IMG/VR virus record: IMGVR_UViG_3300009011_000001
Location: 1 to 64,000 of that record
DNA length: 64,000 nt
Reading direction: 5' to 3' (one strand)
A program made the position numbers and the translations under genes. Positions 36,919 to 47,969 of the stretch are shown here, piece by piece. Position 1 is the first letter of the stretch. Each line of letters starts with the position of its first letter. Below the pieces are notes generated by a model. It ran no database searches, was not told where the DNA came from, and saw nothing but the letters and a program-made list of their open reading frames with translations.

Positions 36919-38987
36919 TACTCAGCCTCCTCGTTACGGCGGCGTTGCGCGATGATCGTGAGTTTTTCCACGGTCTTCATGTTTTGGCCAGCCATGTTGA
37001 TATCAAGGTGCCACGAGAAGCCACCGGCGTCTTCAGCGTTGTAGTAGGCGTTTGGAGTTACGTCCACACGACCGTCGTACTTGCCGGTAGTTTTGGCGGT
37101 CACCTTGTCGTTCACGTCGTCCAGGAACACGTCGTCTGGAGTCTGGTCATCACCAGCCTGCTCACGCCACACGATGTTGCCGATACGGGTCAGGTTGGCT
37201 GCGATGCAGACGTTCAGGTACGAGTGCAGGATGGAGGTGTGGTTCTCGTGAATCGATTGCACACCAGGCCAGAACAGACGGCTCATGTCGAAACCGATCG
37301 CCAAGTTCAGACCGTTGTTCCAGTCTGGGTAACGCGCCTCGTCGGTACGGAACCGAACGTTGTGATCGCGATAACGAGTGATGACGGTTTTCTCACCTTT
37401 GCCGAAAGCTGCGGTAGCTTTCATCTCACCATCTTCCGCACCCATGTACTTGGCACCCAGAATCAGCAGGTACTCCAGGAACGGAACCATGCCATCGTAG
37501 TCGTCATTGATCAGGTAACCTGCGTTACCGACCAGCGCGAAACGAGTGGATGGGGTGCCGAAGTTGGCGCTTTCCTGCAGACTGCGGAAAGTCGAGCGCA
37601 GAGTGATCGCGATCGAGCTATCTTCTTCCGGCGTGTTCAGGCGCTTGGTCACGTCCTGAGTGCAGACGTGAGGAACTACGTCCGGACGGATGTTGTGGAA
37701 CGCCTTGAACTTCAGCTTGGTGTCGACCGGGAAGCCCGAGTCCCAGACCGAGTCGTACGGCATCAGAGCGATCGATGCAAACGGCACATCGGAAGCGCTG
37801 AGGTCGGTCAGCAGGGTGTCGACAGCGGTGTTGTAGGCCGCTACGCTGGTGTCGCCGTCGGAACCGCCAACCATGTAGTGGTTCGAAGCTTCGCCGAACA
37901 GCAGGCCGCCTTTGTCCGGACCTTCAATCACGAGGCTGTGGTACGGATGGCCGTTGATGTCCACACCGGTCAGGAAGTTGAACATGTTGATGTCGCTGAA
38001 CGCGTTACCGGTGTGAGCGGTTTCGGCAGCGGTCAACAGTTCCAGCAGCTCGGTGATCGAGTCGTTGTAAACGTGCAGGTCTTTCAGCGGACCGAAACCG
38101 GTGAAGGTTGCCGGATCGCGCGACTCGTACGAAGGCAGCACCACTTTGTCGGCCGAGTACTGGACGTTGGTCGATTTGTTGATGGTGCCTTTCTTGAACG
38201 TGAAGTCCAAGGTCGGCGCACTGTTGGTGGTGCGAATCAGAGTCGGAGTCGACAGCGCATCAGCGCGCTGCACGAACTGCAGGGTGTACACGAAAGACTG
38301 AATGGCCTCGTGAACGGATTCGTCGGCAGGGTTGCTCGAGTTGATGGTACGTGCCATCAGGCGAGTGCCCAGGTTGCTACCTTTCTCGCCTTCGAAGCGA
38401 GCCAGCTGATCCAGCACTGGATACAGATCCGAAGCAGCACCATCGATCGACGATACCAGAGCGCCTTCAGATTTCGAAGCAGCACCAAAAGTCGATTCAC
38501 CGGTAGTGCCGTCAACGGTCACTTCGGTTTTACGCCATTGCAGGCGGAAGCCTTTAATGGTGTCGCCAGTCGGGATCTTGTTACCGGCCTGGTCGAGCTT
38601 CAGGCTGTTATCCGCGTTACGCTCGTACAGCGGAATATCGTCCGCGACGACGTCAGCACCGAAACGGCTGGAGGCTTGCTTGGCGCCCGGCATCTTGATG
38701 CGGACGGTCAGAGCCTTACCAGTGTTCTGCAGTTGAGCACGCAGGAACTGAGACTGGTGGTTGAAATACTTCGACAACGGCTGGAGCGTTTGATCGCCGT
38801 AATAAGTTGCAACAGCAGCGGCGTCAACGTAACGCGCACGGTCGTATTCGCCCCACGGAGCATTCACCAGAAACAGTGGCAAACGGATCGGGAGGCTTTC
38901 AGCTGGAGCGACAATGGGTACCGGCGAATCGTCTTTGATACCCTGGTTGATTACACGAGGCAACGAGCTACTCGTTGGTACAGTCAT
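36918..38987 (-). CDS. Contractile tail sheath protein (phiKZ gp29-like), 689 aa
   Basis: PRVINQGIKDDS N-terminus, YMVGGSDG, WDSGFPVDTK; GGGAG RBS before ATG 38987. Confidence 0.92.
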   Translation of the reverse strand: MTVPTSSSLPRVINQGIKDDSPVPIVAPAESLPIRLPLFLVNAPWGEYDRARYVDAAAVATYYGDQTLQPLSKYFNHQSQFLRAQLQNTGKALTVRIKMPGAKQASSRFGADVVADDIPLYERNADNSLKLDQAGNKIPTGDTIKGFRLQWRKTEVTVDGTTGESTFGAASKSEGALVSSIDGAASDLYPVLDQLARFEGEKGSNLGTRLMARTINSSNPADESVHEAIQSFVYTLQFVQRADALSTPTLIRTTNSAPTLDFTFKKGTINKSTNVQYSADKVVLPSYESRDPATFTGFGPLKDLHVYNDSITELLELLTAAETAHTGNAFSDINMFNFLTGVDINGHPYHSLVIEGPDKGGLLFGEASNHYMVGGSDGDTSVAAYNTAVDTLLTDLSASDVPFASIALMPYDSVWDSGFPVDTKLKFKAFHNIRPDVVPHVCTQDVTKRLNTPEEDSSIAITLRSTFRSLQESANFGTPSTRFALVGNAGYLINDDYDGMVPFLEYLLILGAKYMGAEDGEMKATAAFGKGEKTVITRYRDHNVRFRTDEARYPDWNNGLNLAIGFDMSRLFWPGVQSIHENHTSILHSYLNVCIAANLTRIGNIVWREQAGDDQTPDDVFLDDVNDKVTAKTTGKYDGRVDVTPNAYYNAEDAGGFSWHLDINMAGQNMKTVEKLTIIAQRRRNEEAE

Positions 38988-39133
38988 GGATGTTACTCCC
39001 GAGAGTGAGTTCTGCGCAGAACCTTTCAAGGATGGTATGGTCAGCTGCCTCCAGAAGGAGTCAGCATACTATTTTATTTTCCACATGGTGCATTTGGTAA
39101 CTATTTATAACGCGTACGCAGGAGACGAGAGCT

Positions 39134-40033
39134 ATGTTCGAAACCCCATACCAGACGACCCCATGTGCAAGGTTCGTCATGGAAAAAACCAATGCGGGTA
39201 TTCGCCGTTTGGAAATCGAGGATAAACTGCTCACACTGGAGGGTTCTTTAACTGGTGTTAAAGCTGTACCTCCTGGCGAGCAGGGATTCCCTCCCTTCGG
39301 CCAACCCATTACCTCCAAGCAGATTCCAACGCTTGAGGCACCATGTGTTATCGATGGCCGTCAACTGTTTCGTGCCGACGGAAGACCCGTCCTGCAGAAC
39401 GTTGTAGACCACGCAATCCTGAACGCTGACCTTACCAACCTTTGGTTCCGTGACGGTGCGCCATTTCGGAAAGACCTGTTGAACCTAGGTCAGTTCCCCA
39501 TCAAAGTATTCACCAATTGGATCGGCAATCGGATCTCCCTTGGCCTGACATTGGACTTCGGCCAGACCAGCATCGTCAAAGCGATGCTGAGTGTTTACTA
39601 CATCCAATTGTGTACACCTCTGTCAGACCATCCTACTTCTGAAGAGTTGGAGCGCCTGATTATCCGTGCGGCTCGCTCGGTTCCAGGGGTGGATGCAACA
39701 ACACTGGAAAACGTACTCGGTGAAATTCCGAAGCTTACGGATCTGAAGAGTTTCACTGACTGGGTACACGCCCGTCTGGACACTCCTCGTTCCGAACAGC
39801 TGAACGTCGGCTTCCTTTATACGGCTCTTGGCTTCAGCTGGGGTGTGCAGTACCGCGAGATGGTGGCGATCGCTTTGGAGTATCCGCCTACCTTTATCGC
39901 TCTTCTTTTCTCCTCGGTTAATGACCGTGGGTTCAAGAAGACGAGTCTCGGCAAGACTGTTGAAACACTCACCTCCCGCAACGAAGACCATGAATTCATC
40001 AAGAACGTGAATCACCTTATCGGCCGGAGATAA
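39134..40033 (+). CDS. Virion structural protein (phiKZ gp28-like), 299 aa
   Basis: MFETPYQTTPC start; divergent from the sheath gene. Confidence 0.75.
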   Translation: MFETPYQTTPCARFVMEKTNAGIRRLEIEDKLLTLEGSLTGVKAVPPGEQGFPPFGQPITSKQIPTLEAPCVIDGRQLFRADGRPVLQNVVDHAILNADLTNLWFRDGAPFRKDLLNLGQFPIKVFTNWIGNRISLGLTLDFGQTSIVKAMLSVYYIQLCTPLSDHPTSEELERLIIRAARSVPGVDATTLENVLGEIPKLTDLKSFTDWVHARLDTPRSEQLNVGFLYTALGFSWGVQYREMVAIALEYPPTFIALLFSSVNDRGFKKTSLGKTVETLTSRNEDHEFIKNVNHLIGRR

Positions 40034-40036
40034 CCA

Positions 40037-42661
40037 ATGGTCAGTTCAACCGACTTCCTGGTGGACGACGCCTATCGTCGAGTCTGGTGCAGTCCTGAAC
40101 AGGATCGTCAGAAGATCGTAGGTCCAACCAGGATCAGCAAACGCCAAGGCGCGATCGGCAACACCAAGATCGGCATGCGACAGTACAACATGCCTACGAC
40201 TGGCGAGTGGTACCACCTGTTCATGATCGGCGATCTGCTTCCTGAGCAAGTCGGGATGAACAACATTGTTGACAAGTGGGTGTCGGTGGAAGCGCACTGC
40301 AATTCCACCTCCCTGCTGATTGACGTGTACATCGATAAGGGTCTGCGCGTTCCGGCCAGTCGGGCGTATTTCCTTTACACCGGCAATGGCGCACTGATCC
40401 TTGCGATCCTCGATACTCAGAAGATCGCTCACTTCGGCCTTGTTCAACCATGGATCCGGTGGCGCAGCAACGCGTGGTTCGATGGCGATCAGGTTCCAAA
40501 GAATGGCGGCATTGAGATCTCGGGCATCACGCCAAAGACCGAAGCCGAGTTCTACACGTATCAGGCTAAGTGGCGTGCAGCCAAAGCCAAGCTGGGTTAT
40601 ACGTGGGCATTTGTAAACGGAGTTCGTGCCAGAGACCTGAACCTCACCACGCTGACTCTTGGCGATCACCTGGAGTACGTGCGCGATGCCTCAGTTAAGG
40701 AAGTCCTGGAAATCCCTGTCAAAGACCTCAAAAGCTTCGACAGCATTTTGGATAATAAAGGAAAGTATTTACTACCTCGTCCTGGGCTCGGCACTGTTAT
40801 CGATTTTTCTGATGACATCGACATCTACGTCCTGAACTATCTGCAGCCTGCTCGCTACATCGGCTACTACTACAACCAGAACCAAATCGATGCCGTTCGC
40901 AACGTTACTCATCGTGACTACGCGATTGGTCAGATGTACCTGAGAAAAGGCATCGAGGAATACTGGCAGTGGAGCTACCTCAAGGACCTGCGGATTGAAG
41001 TGATCGTTCGCCATTCCGGCTGGATCCGTGAATTGGCAGATGAAGCGCATCGAATCAAAGAGCTGTTCAAGCTTGATGAAGACAAGCGTATCGATGTCAT
41101 GCTGCGGACCAGTGATGGCGTGGATGTGTGGCGTGCCGCTAACCTTGAAGCCAGTGCATATCCTGAACTGATGCGTGCAGAGCAAGGCGATATCACTCGG
41201 CAGATGGTGGAAGATGCCTACGGCTATAACGCCATCAGTCGCCTCATTGGCGATACGCCGGTCAAGATCACCGCGAGCCAGAAGTGGATCCCTCTGCCGT
41301 TTGGTTTGATCGGTTTGTCTACGGTCTACGAGTACGATCAGGCTGGTTTGATGATCGGCTGGTACATCCACGATAACTCGATTGAATATCCGGTGCGCAG
41401 TGATCGTTGCCGCTACATCGAAGCATACGTGGGGGTTGGTGGTGTCGGTCTGTCTACTGTTTACAATCAGAAGACTGTGCCATTGGATCCGGCAGTTGAT
41501 TACCGCTTCTACATTTCCAACATCGTCAACGGCGTTCCTCTGAACAACTGGAGTGACTGCACTGGCGATCTGTCGAAGTACTCAATCGCTAACGGTGTGC
41601 TCACCTGGGCTGTGGATCTTCGAACCCACAACGTTGCCGTGAAGAACAACAAGGACTTCCTGTCGTACTCGTTCGATGTCAACTATCGTGACGACTTGTT
41701 GGCTTTCTCGATCAACGTCGATGAGATCAAAGTGGGCACCACGCCCGCCCCGGGTATCATGGATATCCCGCCGGGCGAGTTCGATCTGTTCATGAACGAA
41801 TACGGTTTGGTTGAAGGTATTGACTATTACGTTGACTGGCCGATGATTTGCGTCTGCGCCAAGAACTACATGGTTGATGGCCCTATCCAGAAGTTCACCG
41901 CTCGTGGACGTGGCTTCCCGCACAAAGACCTGTCTCGCTATCCAGCCAAGGACTTTGGGTTCGTGAAGTACGGTGAGCTGAGCCACAACAGCCGATTCAA
42001 CGTACGCGATGACAAGGTCACTCGTATCGAGATCGGTGGGCGTTTGTATAGCCGTGATGAGGTGGGCTTTACTGAGGATGGAACGAAGGTGTCTGTGGAC
42101 GTGCGAAACGGTACGCCTTACAAGATCACTCACCCGGTTATCCCGATGATGGGACTGACGGTGAAGGACACCTACACGTTGCTGGCTGAGGCTGAGGCTA
42201 CGGATAAGGCGGTGGAAGATTATCTCACCATCGGTATTCCTGAACCCGTTGAGCCAAACCCCGATGCCATCGTCAACGGCTGGTATCCGGTCTTCAGCCC
42301 ATTCGCTACCAAGCTCATCTTCGACATGCTTAACGGCATCTTGCTGATGGACGAGTTCAAGGACGAATACTCCAAGGACTGGCTGAAGCAGCGTCTGGTT
42401 GGTTACACCTGGATCCTGCCTTTCGATCCAACGCTCAAAAATGTGGATAAGGAATATGTCATCATCCATCCGCATCCAGAGAATGATGTGATCGAATTGA
42501 CCGTCTATCAGTACCGGCTGTTGCAGCGGGCGATTGATGTTTTCCTTGGTGGGGGTATCGAACTCAACCGTCGACTGGTCATTGTCGAGGAAGGGTTTGA
42601 GCACTATCAAGAAGATCACCCGCATCCTCACCGCACTTGGGAAGAGCTGGGTCTTTCTTAA
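40037..42661 (+). CDS. Virion structural/baseplate protein (phiKZ gp27-like), 874 aa
   Basis: VWCSPEQDRQ N-terminus; size and position. Confidence 0.78.
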   Translation: MVSSTDFLVDDAYRRVWCSPEQDRQKIVGPTRISKRQGAIGNTKIGMRQYNMPTTGEWYHLFMIGDLLPEQVGMNNIVDKWVSVEAHCNSTSLLIDVYIDKGLRVPASRAYFLYTGNGALILAILDTQKIAHFGLVQPWIRWRSNAWFDGDQVPKNGGIEISGITPKTEAEFYTYQAKWRAAKAKLGYTWAFVNGVRARDLNLTTLTLGDHLEYVRDASVKEVLEIPVKDLKSFDSILDNKGKYLLPRPGLGTVIDFSDDIDIYVLNYLQPARYIGYYYNQNQIDAVRNVTHRDYAIGQMYLRKGIEEYWQWSYLKDLRIEVIVRHSGWIRELADEAHRIKELFKLDEDKRIDVMLRTSDGVDVWRAANLEASAYPELMRAEQGDITRQMVEDAYGYNAISRLIGDTPVKITASQKWIPLPFGLIGLSTVYEYDQAGLMIGWYIHDNSIEYPVRSDRCRYIEAYVGVGGVGLSTVYNQKTVPLDPAVDYRFYISNIVNGVPLNNWSDCTGDLSKYSIANGVLTWAVDLRTHNVAVKNNKDFLSYSFDVNYRDDLLAFSINVDEIKVGTTPAPGIMDIPPGEFDLFMNEYGLVEGIDYYVDWPMICVCAKNYMVDGPIQKFTARGRGFPHKDLSRYPAKDFGFVKYGELSHNSRFNVRDDKVTRIEIGGRLYSRDEVGFTEDGTKVSVDVRNGTPYKITHPVIPMMGLTVKDTYTLLAEAEATDKAVEDYLTIGIPEPVEPNPDAIVNGWYPVFSPFATKLIFDMLNGILLMDEFKDEYSKDWLKQRLVGYTWILPFDPTLKNVDKEYVIIHPHPENDVIELTVYQYRLLQRAIDVFLGGGIELNRRLVIVEEGFEHYQEDHPHPHRTWEELGLS

Positions 42662-42667
42662 ATCCAC

Positions 42668-44425
42668 ATGGGGGTGAAAGCCCCCATCGTACCGAGTCAA
42701 ATAGACATGGCCGATAAAGAAATCAGATTGAGTAACGGCGACACGGTCATCGTTGCCGATCGCCGCAATGACACGCTGAACCTCAAAGACGTCTACAAAT
42801 ACCGCTTGACCGATAGCAGCAGTGAAATCGTTCGGGGTGAAGGTAAATACGTCCCTAAAGTCGACGACATGATTTACTCGTTCGACATCGGTTGGATGCG
42901 TGTTGCCCGTCTGGACGAATCCGATTATCACGTCGATCTGGTAATTTGGAAACTCCCAACCAACGATGACGACGTCGACAACCGTGATGAGTTGCTGGGG
43001 ATTGGCCCAGGTTCAACAAGCGAAAGCTACCGTGTCTACATCGACAGTCGTGTGTTCCCTCACCGTCTGGACATCAACTCCCGACTGCGGGCCTATTCCG
43101 ATACGGCTAAGGAAGTCCGTGTCTTTAAAGGCGACGACCCTTCTCCAACCGGCGAAGTGATTTCCGCAAACTACGATCCTGCAACCAAAGAGTATTTGGG
43201 CGACGCAATCCCAATGAAACTGGTTGCTACCGTTGAGGTGAACAACCTCGGCATCATGGCGCCGGCTTCCGGCTACACCACGGCCAATCTGAAGAACGGT
43301 GCTCCAGTTACTGTTGTGACTTACAACACGGCCGGTGCTCCAATCGATATCGCCCGCATGCTGGTGCACAACACCAACGTGATCCGTCACCCTGAGGATT
43401 ACGCCAAGCGCGTGAAGTCGATCGAACTGATCAGCCCGTACTTGTCGAAGACCGAGCCGAACACGCTGGAAGTGCCGATCAACGCCACTGTAGCGACGCT
43501 GTCGCTGCGTGCGAAGGTCACGTACACCAACGGCCTCACCAGTATCCAGGACGTCGTAGACGAGACCGCAAACGGCAAGTTCAAGCTGTTCGGTTTGATC
43601 TACTGGTCTCCTCAGATTCCTGGAGACGAGCAAGATCTGGAACTGTCGTACGCGTTGTCCGAAGGCGAGGAGTATTCCTACCTGCAGGGCGAAACTGCAA
43701 ACGGCATGGTGCAGGTCTCGTACAAGATCCGAGCGAAAGCTCTCGATCCTGCATTCACTCTGAAACTGTTCTCTTTCCCAGTGTGGAAGAACAACGTCCA
43801 GGGTTATGTACTGGAACACTGGATCTGCGACCTGGCTCGTCAAGTGACTCGTCGTGCTCCAGCGGCTGCCATTCAGCTGATCGATGGCTTCTCGGCATTC
43901 GATGGTCTGGATTACCTGACCAACCAGCGCATCCGTTTCGGTGTGGATCTGTCGGTAGTCGATCCTGCCTACGGCGGTCACACGTTTGCTCAGCTGGTTC
44001 AAATCTCCTTGCTGCGTGATGGCGGCATTGCAGGCTTGAGCAACTGGAAAGTCAAGTTCTCTGGCAACCAGGCTGAGTGGTACGGCGATCACCTGCAGGC
44101 TTCTGTTCGGGCAACCTTCAGTGGGCTGTCGACGATCAACATCGGCAACAACCTTGGCGACAAGCAAACCTTCCTCGACAAGGTGTACTACAACGCTGCG
44201 CCTCTGTACGACATCCAGACGGAAAACAAGGCTCCAGAACCTACGCACTTCATCATCTGCACGAAGACGCGTGAGTTCGAATTTCCACTGTCTCAGTGGA
44301 ATCAGGACCTGACCTTCGTCAATGATCTGACCGAGGGCCAGACGATTTACGTTAAGTGGATCAAACGCATGATCAATGCGGATCTTCAACTTGGCGTGAG
44401 TGGTTTGATCTTGCACGCAGTCTGA
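42668..44425 (+). CDS. Virion structural/baseplate protein (phiKZ gp26-like), ~585 aa
   Basis: Beta-rich protein directly upstream of terminase; start may be 42707. Confidence 0.75.
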   Translation: MGVKAPIVPSQIDMADKEIRLSNGDTVIVADRRNDTLNLKDVYKYRLTDSSSEIVRGEGKYVPKVDDMIYSFDIGWMRVARLDESDYHVDLVIWKLPTNDDDVDNRDELLGIGPGSTSESYRVYIDSRVFPHRLDINSRLRAYSDTAKEVRVFKGDDPSPTGEVISANYDPATKEYLGDAIPMKLVATVEVNNLGIMAPASGYTTANLKNGAPVTVVTYNTAGAPIDIARMLVHNTNVIRHPEDYAKRVKSIELISPYLSKTEPNTLEVPINATVATLSLRAKVTYTNGLTSIQDVVDETANGKFKLFGLIYWSPQIPGDEQDLELSYALSEGEEYSYLQGETANGMVQVSYKIRAKALDPAFTLKLFSFPVWKNNVQGYVLEHWICDLARQVTRRAPAAAIQLIDGFSAFDGLDYLTNQRIRFGVDLSVVDPAYGGHTFAQLVQISLLRDGGIAGLSNWKVKFSGNQAEWYGDHLQASVRATFSGLSTINIGNNLGDKQTFLDKVYYNAAPLYDIQTENKAPEPTHFIICTKTREFEFPLSQWNQDLTFVNDLTEGQTIYVKWIKRMINADLQLGVSGLILHAV

Positions 44426-44483
44426 CGTAAGCCACCATGGGAGGGCAACCTCCCATGGTTGTTACTATGCCGTAGGAGCAAAC

Positions 44484-46646
44484 ATGGCTATTTTGTATAA
44501 GAAGGATTGGGAGAAATACCCAACTGCAATCGCTAACGTCTACTCGCCCAATGAGTCCTGGGTGCAGATGGCGTTCAAATTAAAAGAGATGGGTGTAAAC
44601 AACTGGGAGTGGCCTCTCACTCTGATCCAGCCTCAATTGGTGGGCGTCGATATCTGGTCTCCTGACCTGACACTCAACCAGCAGATCATGATTCTGAACG
44701 AATGCGAATGGAACCCGTGGTACGTTCTTCGTGAAGTAATGCGTGTGCCAGCAAAGTCTGGTGGTGGTTTTAACTACCTTGGGGCTAACCGAGGCAACCT
44801 TGCGTTGTTCTGGTGTTTCTTCAACTCGTTCATGGTTTACCTGCAGCAGATCCGTCAGACAGGTAAGTCACTTAACGTTCGCATCCTCGTTGTTGCGTGG
44901 CACACGTTCTGGGCGCGTGGCGCTCAGCACATCCTCTTCACCAAGTCTGACCTGCGTGTTGAAGAGATTAAGGAATACAAGCTGATCCGCAGCCTGATTC
45001 CTGAGTGGATGTGGGAGCCGCACTACAAAGACTCGGACAACCAAACTGCGTTCACCACCCTGTCTCGTGGCAACACCACCAAGACCTACATTCCTGCAAC
45101 CGATGAGGAAGGTGCGAACAAAGTGGGGCGCGGTACAACCCCTACTCTGGTGACGGGTGACGAAGGTCCCTTCTTGAAGCACGCTCGGATTTCGATTGTG
45201 GCACTGTTGTCTGCAACCGGTGCATCGTTCCGTGAAGCTGAAGCGAAGGGCGCAATGTTTGGCGTTATCTTCACCACTACCGCAGGCGACTTGTCGACGG
45301 AGTCCGGTAAGTACTTCTACAACAAGATCAAACGCATGTCGATGCACTTCGCAGAGTTCCTCTACGACTGTGCCAACCGGGATGAGGCAATCGCCACCAT
45401 TCTGGCTAACGGGGCTAAAGAAGAACCTCGTGTCGACATTACATTCAGCCACAGACAGCTGGGTATCTTGGACAGTGATCTTCGCAAGATGATTGCGCGT
45501 TCGTCCGGTGAAGTGGACCAGGTGAAGCGAGACTATCTGAACCAATGGACGTTCGGTAGTGCCGCTTGCCCTATTCCTCAGGACATCCTCGACAAGATCC
45601 GTAAAGGGATCAACGACCAGCCGCTGAACGACCGTAACGGCAAGAACCAGTTCATCATTCGCTATCACTTGCCGATTGCTCAGGTTATCGCGCGTCGCAC
45701 CATTCTGGGCATGGATACCTCGAACGCTATCGGTCGAGATGCTATTTCCGGGATCCTGTCCGATGTGGAAACTGGCGAGACATTGGCAGCGTTTACTGTC
45801 AGCGAATCGAACCTCAGTATCTTCACCATGTGGCTGGCTGACTTGTTTGAACTCTGGCCTTTGATGACCTTGGTTCCAGAAGCCAAATCGTCGTGGGACG
45901 GTATTCGGGATCGTTTGCTGATCGAACTGCCTTCTCGCGGTATCGACCCAGGTCGTCGTATCTACAGCCGCGTTGTCGATGATGCTGAAAGCAGTGAATC
46001 GGATCGCCGTCGTTATCGAGAGTATTCGCAAGGTGTTCCGAGCGAACGTAAGTACGCACCGCACCGTAACCAATTCGGTTTCCCAACCAGCGGCACACTT
46101 CGTGAGTCGATGTACGGCGAAATCCTGCGTGAAGCTACCAAGAATGGACCAGGTCTGATTCGTGACCAAATCCTGATCGATGAATTGTCGAGTCTTGTAA
46201 TGAAACGTGGCCGTATTGACCACGCTGCATCTGGACACGATGACCACGTAATCTCTTGGCTGATGAACCAGTGGTTCCTGCGGTATGCGCGTAACTACGA
46301 TCACTACGGCATTCCTTCTCAGTCGGTACTGTCCCGTCTGCGTCATGCTGCTGTGGCTGATGATCCAAAAGAAACTTCAAGGATGATGAAGCAGGAAAAG
46401 CTCAAGCGTCAGGTTGCCGAGCTGGAAGCCCGGATCGAGAATGCGAAATCCGCAATGGAAATCGCGTACTACCAAACCCGTGTGAACTCTCTGCGGTCGG
46501 AAATGACTGAGGAAGACAACAGTCAGATCGACAGTGTGGATCGCGCATCCGAACGGAGTCGCGAAGTACGGCAGAACTATGCCAAAGAGAAATACCGCAA
46601 CACCTCAATCGCAGAGCAAATTCGCCCTACTTGGTTGAGAAGGTAA
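44484..46646 (+). CDS. terL: Terminase large subunit (phiKZ gp25-like), 720 aa
   Basis: Walker A QIRQTGKS, Walker B LVTGDE, nuclease motifs ILGMDTS and HDDHVISWL. Confidence 0.93.
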   Translation: MAILYKKDWEKYPTAIANVYSPNESWVQMAFKLKEMGVNNWEWPLTLIQPQLVGVDIWSPDLTLNQQIMILNECEWNPWYVLREVMRVPAKSGGGFNYLGANRGNLALFWCFFNSFMVYLQQIRQTGKSLNVRILVVAWHTFWARGAQHILFTKSDLRVEEIKEYKLIRSLIPEWMWEPHYKDSDNQTAFTTLSRGNTTKTYIPATDEEGANKVGRGTTPTLVTGDEGPFLKHARISIVALLSATGASFREAEAKGAMFGVIFTTTAGDLSTESGKYFYNKIKRMSMHFAEFLYDCANRDEAIATILANGAKEEPRVDITFSHRQLGILDSDLRKMIARSSGEVDQVKRDYLNQWTFGSAACPIPQDILDKIRKGINDQPLNDRNGKNQFIIRYHLPIAQVIARRTILGMDTSNAIGRDAISGILSDVETGETLAAFTVSESNLSIFTMWLADLFELWPLMTLVPEAKSSWDGIRDRLLIELPSRGIDPGRRIYSRVVDDAESSESDRRRYREYSQGVPSERKYAPHRNQFGFPTSGTLRESMYGEILREATKNGPGLIRDQILIDELSSLVMKRGRIDHAASGHDDHVISWLMNQWFLRYARNYDHYGIPSQSVLSRLRHAAVADDPKETSRMMKQEKLKRQVAELEARIENAKSAMEIAYYQTRVNSLRSEMTEEDNSQIDSVDRASERSREVRQNYAKEKYRNTSIAEQIRPTWLRR

Positions 46647-46649
46647 CGA

Positions 46650-46682
46650 CATACAGCCCGGCCGCAATGGCCGGGCTGTATG
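46650..46682. terminator. Bidirectional hairpin, CATA...TATG family
   Basis: Perfect 14-bp stem CATACAGCCCGGCC-gcaat-GGCCGGGCTGTATG between convergent genes. Confidence 0.8.
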
Positions 46683-46685
46683 CTG

Positions 46686-47906
46686 TCAGGCTCTCCAGCG
46701 GTGCATTGTCCATGCCCGCATCAACACGTAAAGCAGTACTGCGTTTCGAACAGATGCGATGAGTACGGCGTTCTTCGATCGGATGGCATTGGATACAACA
46801 CCCTCGGTCAATTCGCGCAGCTCAAGGATCATTGGGTTGGTTGTCCGACTTGCCTGATACAGCGCTCGCATTTTACGCAGAAGTCCCGGCACGTCGCTTT
46901 GAGATTGCATCGTGGTAGGGTTCTTTGCCAGATAGTCGAACGCATGTTGCAGAACCAGCTCACAGATGCGCTGTATGCGCTTGTCAGCTCGAACAGACGA
47001 GTTCTCGGACATGTACGTCAATGTGGTAACGAGCGCGCTACGCGGCATTGTAGTGACTGCGCTGGAAATCAGGTCCACCATCTCAGGAACGATGAAGCTG
47101 TTCTTATCTGGGACAGTGTCCAGGATGTAGCGCACGTATTTACTGGTCAGCCGGCTCTTGTCCCGAACCTTCAGCTCGCCATCCAGCTCAATGGTTGAGC
47201 TGGCATTACGCATCTGCATTGATGGATCGTTCTTCACCATTTCGAACACGTCACGCACATTCTTGATGATGTCCTTGATTCGACCTTGGATGTCGTTCGA
47301 CATGTAGTCAATCTTGTCCGTGAAGTCAATCAGGTTCTTGTAGTGCAGACCACCTTTGCGCACGATGTCTTCAGACCGTTGTCTCAGCAGTGCGCCCCAG
47401 CTACCAGCAACCTTCAGACCGAAGCGTTTGTTCAACGCAGCGTAAGTGGCCTCAGCAATAGCAGGGTCGGCATCGTACTTGAAGAAGTGGGTCATGATCG
47501 AAGTCGTGTGTTTGTACTGCAGAACCAGTGCGCATTCAAAGGCGCCGTGATGCCGCTCGTCTTCGTTGAGCTTATCGCTCGTCAGGAACCGGTGGATCAT
47601 GTATAGACAAGACATGTTGAAAACGTCGGAGGAGACGTGGCGATGGGTCACAACCTCTGGAAGTTCATGCAGCTCATCTTCCAGGTAATGTTCATCCACC
47701 TCCATGATCTCTTGGAACCAGCGGTGTCTATCCTCGTCTTTAAATCGAATCGGGTGAACGCCCATCAAGTTACCGCCAAAGAAAGCGATGTGGGATTCGT
47801 TCTTCGTTGCAAAGCGCTGCTCGTACTCCTCGACTCGCTTGAGAAGTTTCTTGTCAAAGACAAGATGCGAGCAGTGACTATCAAATACGCTCTTGATGTT
47901 GTTCAT
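46686..47906 (-). CDS. Conserved virion protein (phiKZ gp32-like), 406 aa
   Basis: KNESHIAFFGGNLMGVHPIRF motif; converges on terminase. Confidence 0.72.
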   Translation of the reverse strand: MNNIKSVFDSHCSHLVFDKKLLKRVEEYEQRFATKNESHIAFFGGNLMGVHPIRFKDEDRHRWFQEIMEVDEHYLEDELHELPEVVTHRHVSSDVFNMSCLYMIHRFLTSDKLNEDERHHGAFECALVLQYKHTTSIMTHFFKYDADPAIAEATYAALNKRFGLKVAGSWGALLRQRSEDIVRKGGLHYKNLIDFTDKIDYMSNDIQGRIKDIIKNVRDVFEMVKNDPSMQMRNASSTIELDGELKVRDKSRLTSKYVRYILDTVPDKNSFIVPEMVDLISSAVTTMPRSALVTTLTYMSENSSVRADKRIQRICELVLQHAFDYLAKNPTTMQSQSDVPGLLRKMRALYQASRTTNPMILELRELTEGVVSNAIRSKNAVLIASVRNAVLLYVLMRAWTMHRWRA

Positions 47907-47969
47907 TAGAATCTCGGCTAAAGAAGAGGCCTAGTTGTGTTCACAAGATAGAGTTAAAAGTAACTGAAT

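Noticed and set aside
36894-39008. 704-aa plus-strand ORF
   Set aside because: Shadow of the tail sheath gene.
43013-46346. 467-aa and 492-aa minus-strand ORFs
   Set aside because: Shadows of the gp26-like gene and terminase.
20878-46646. Possible introns or inteins in RNAP subunits and terminase
   Set aside because: ORFs are continuous, about the lengths I recall for the family, and show no splice-junction or LAGLIDADG/HNH motifs.
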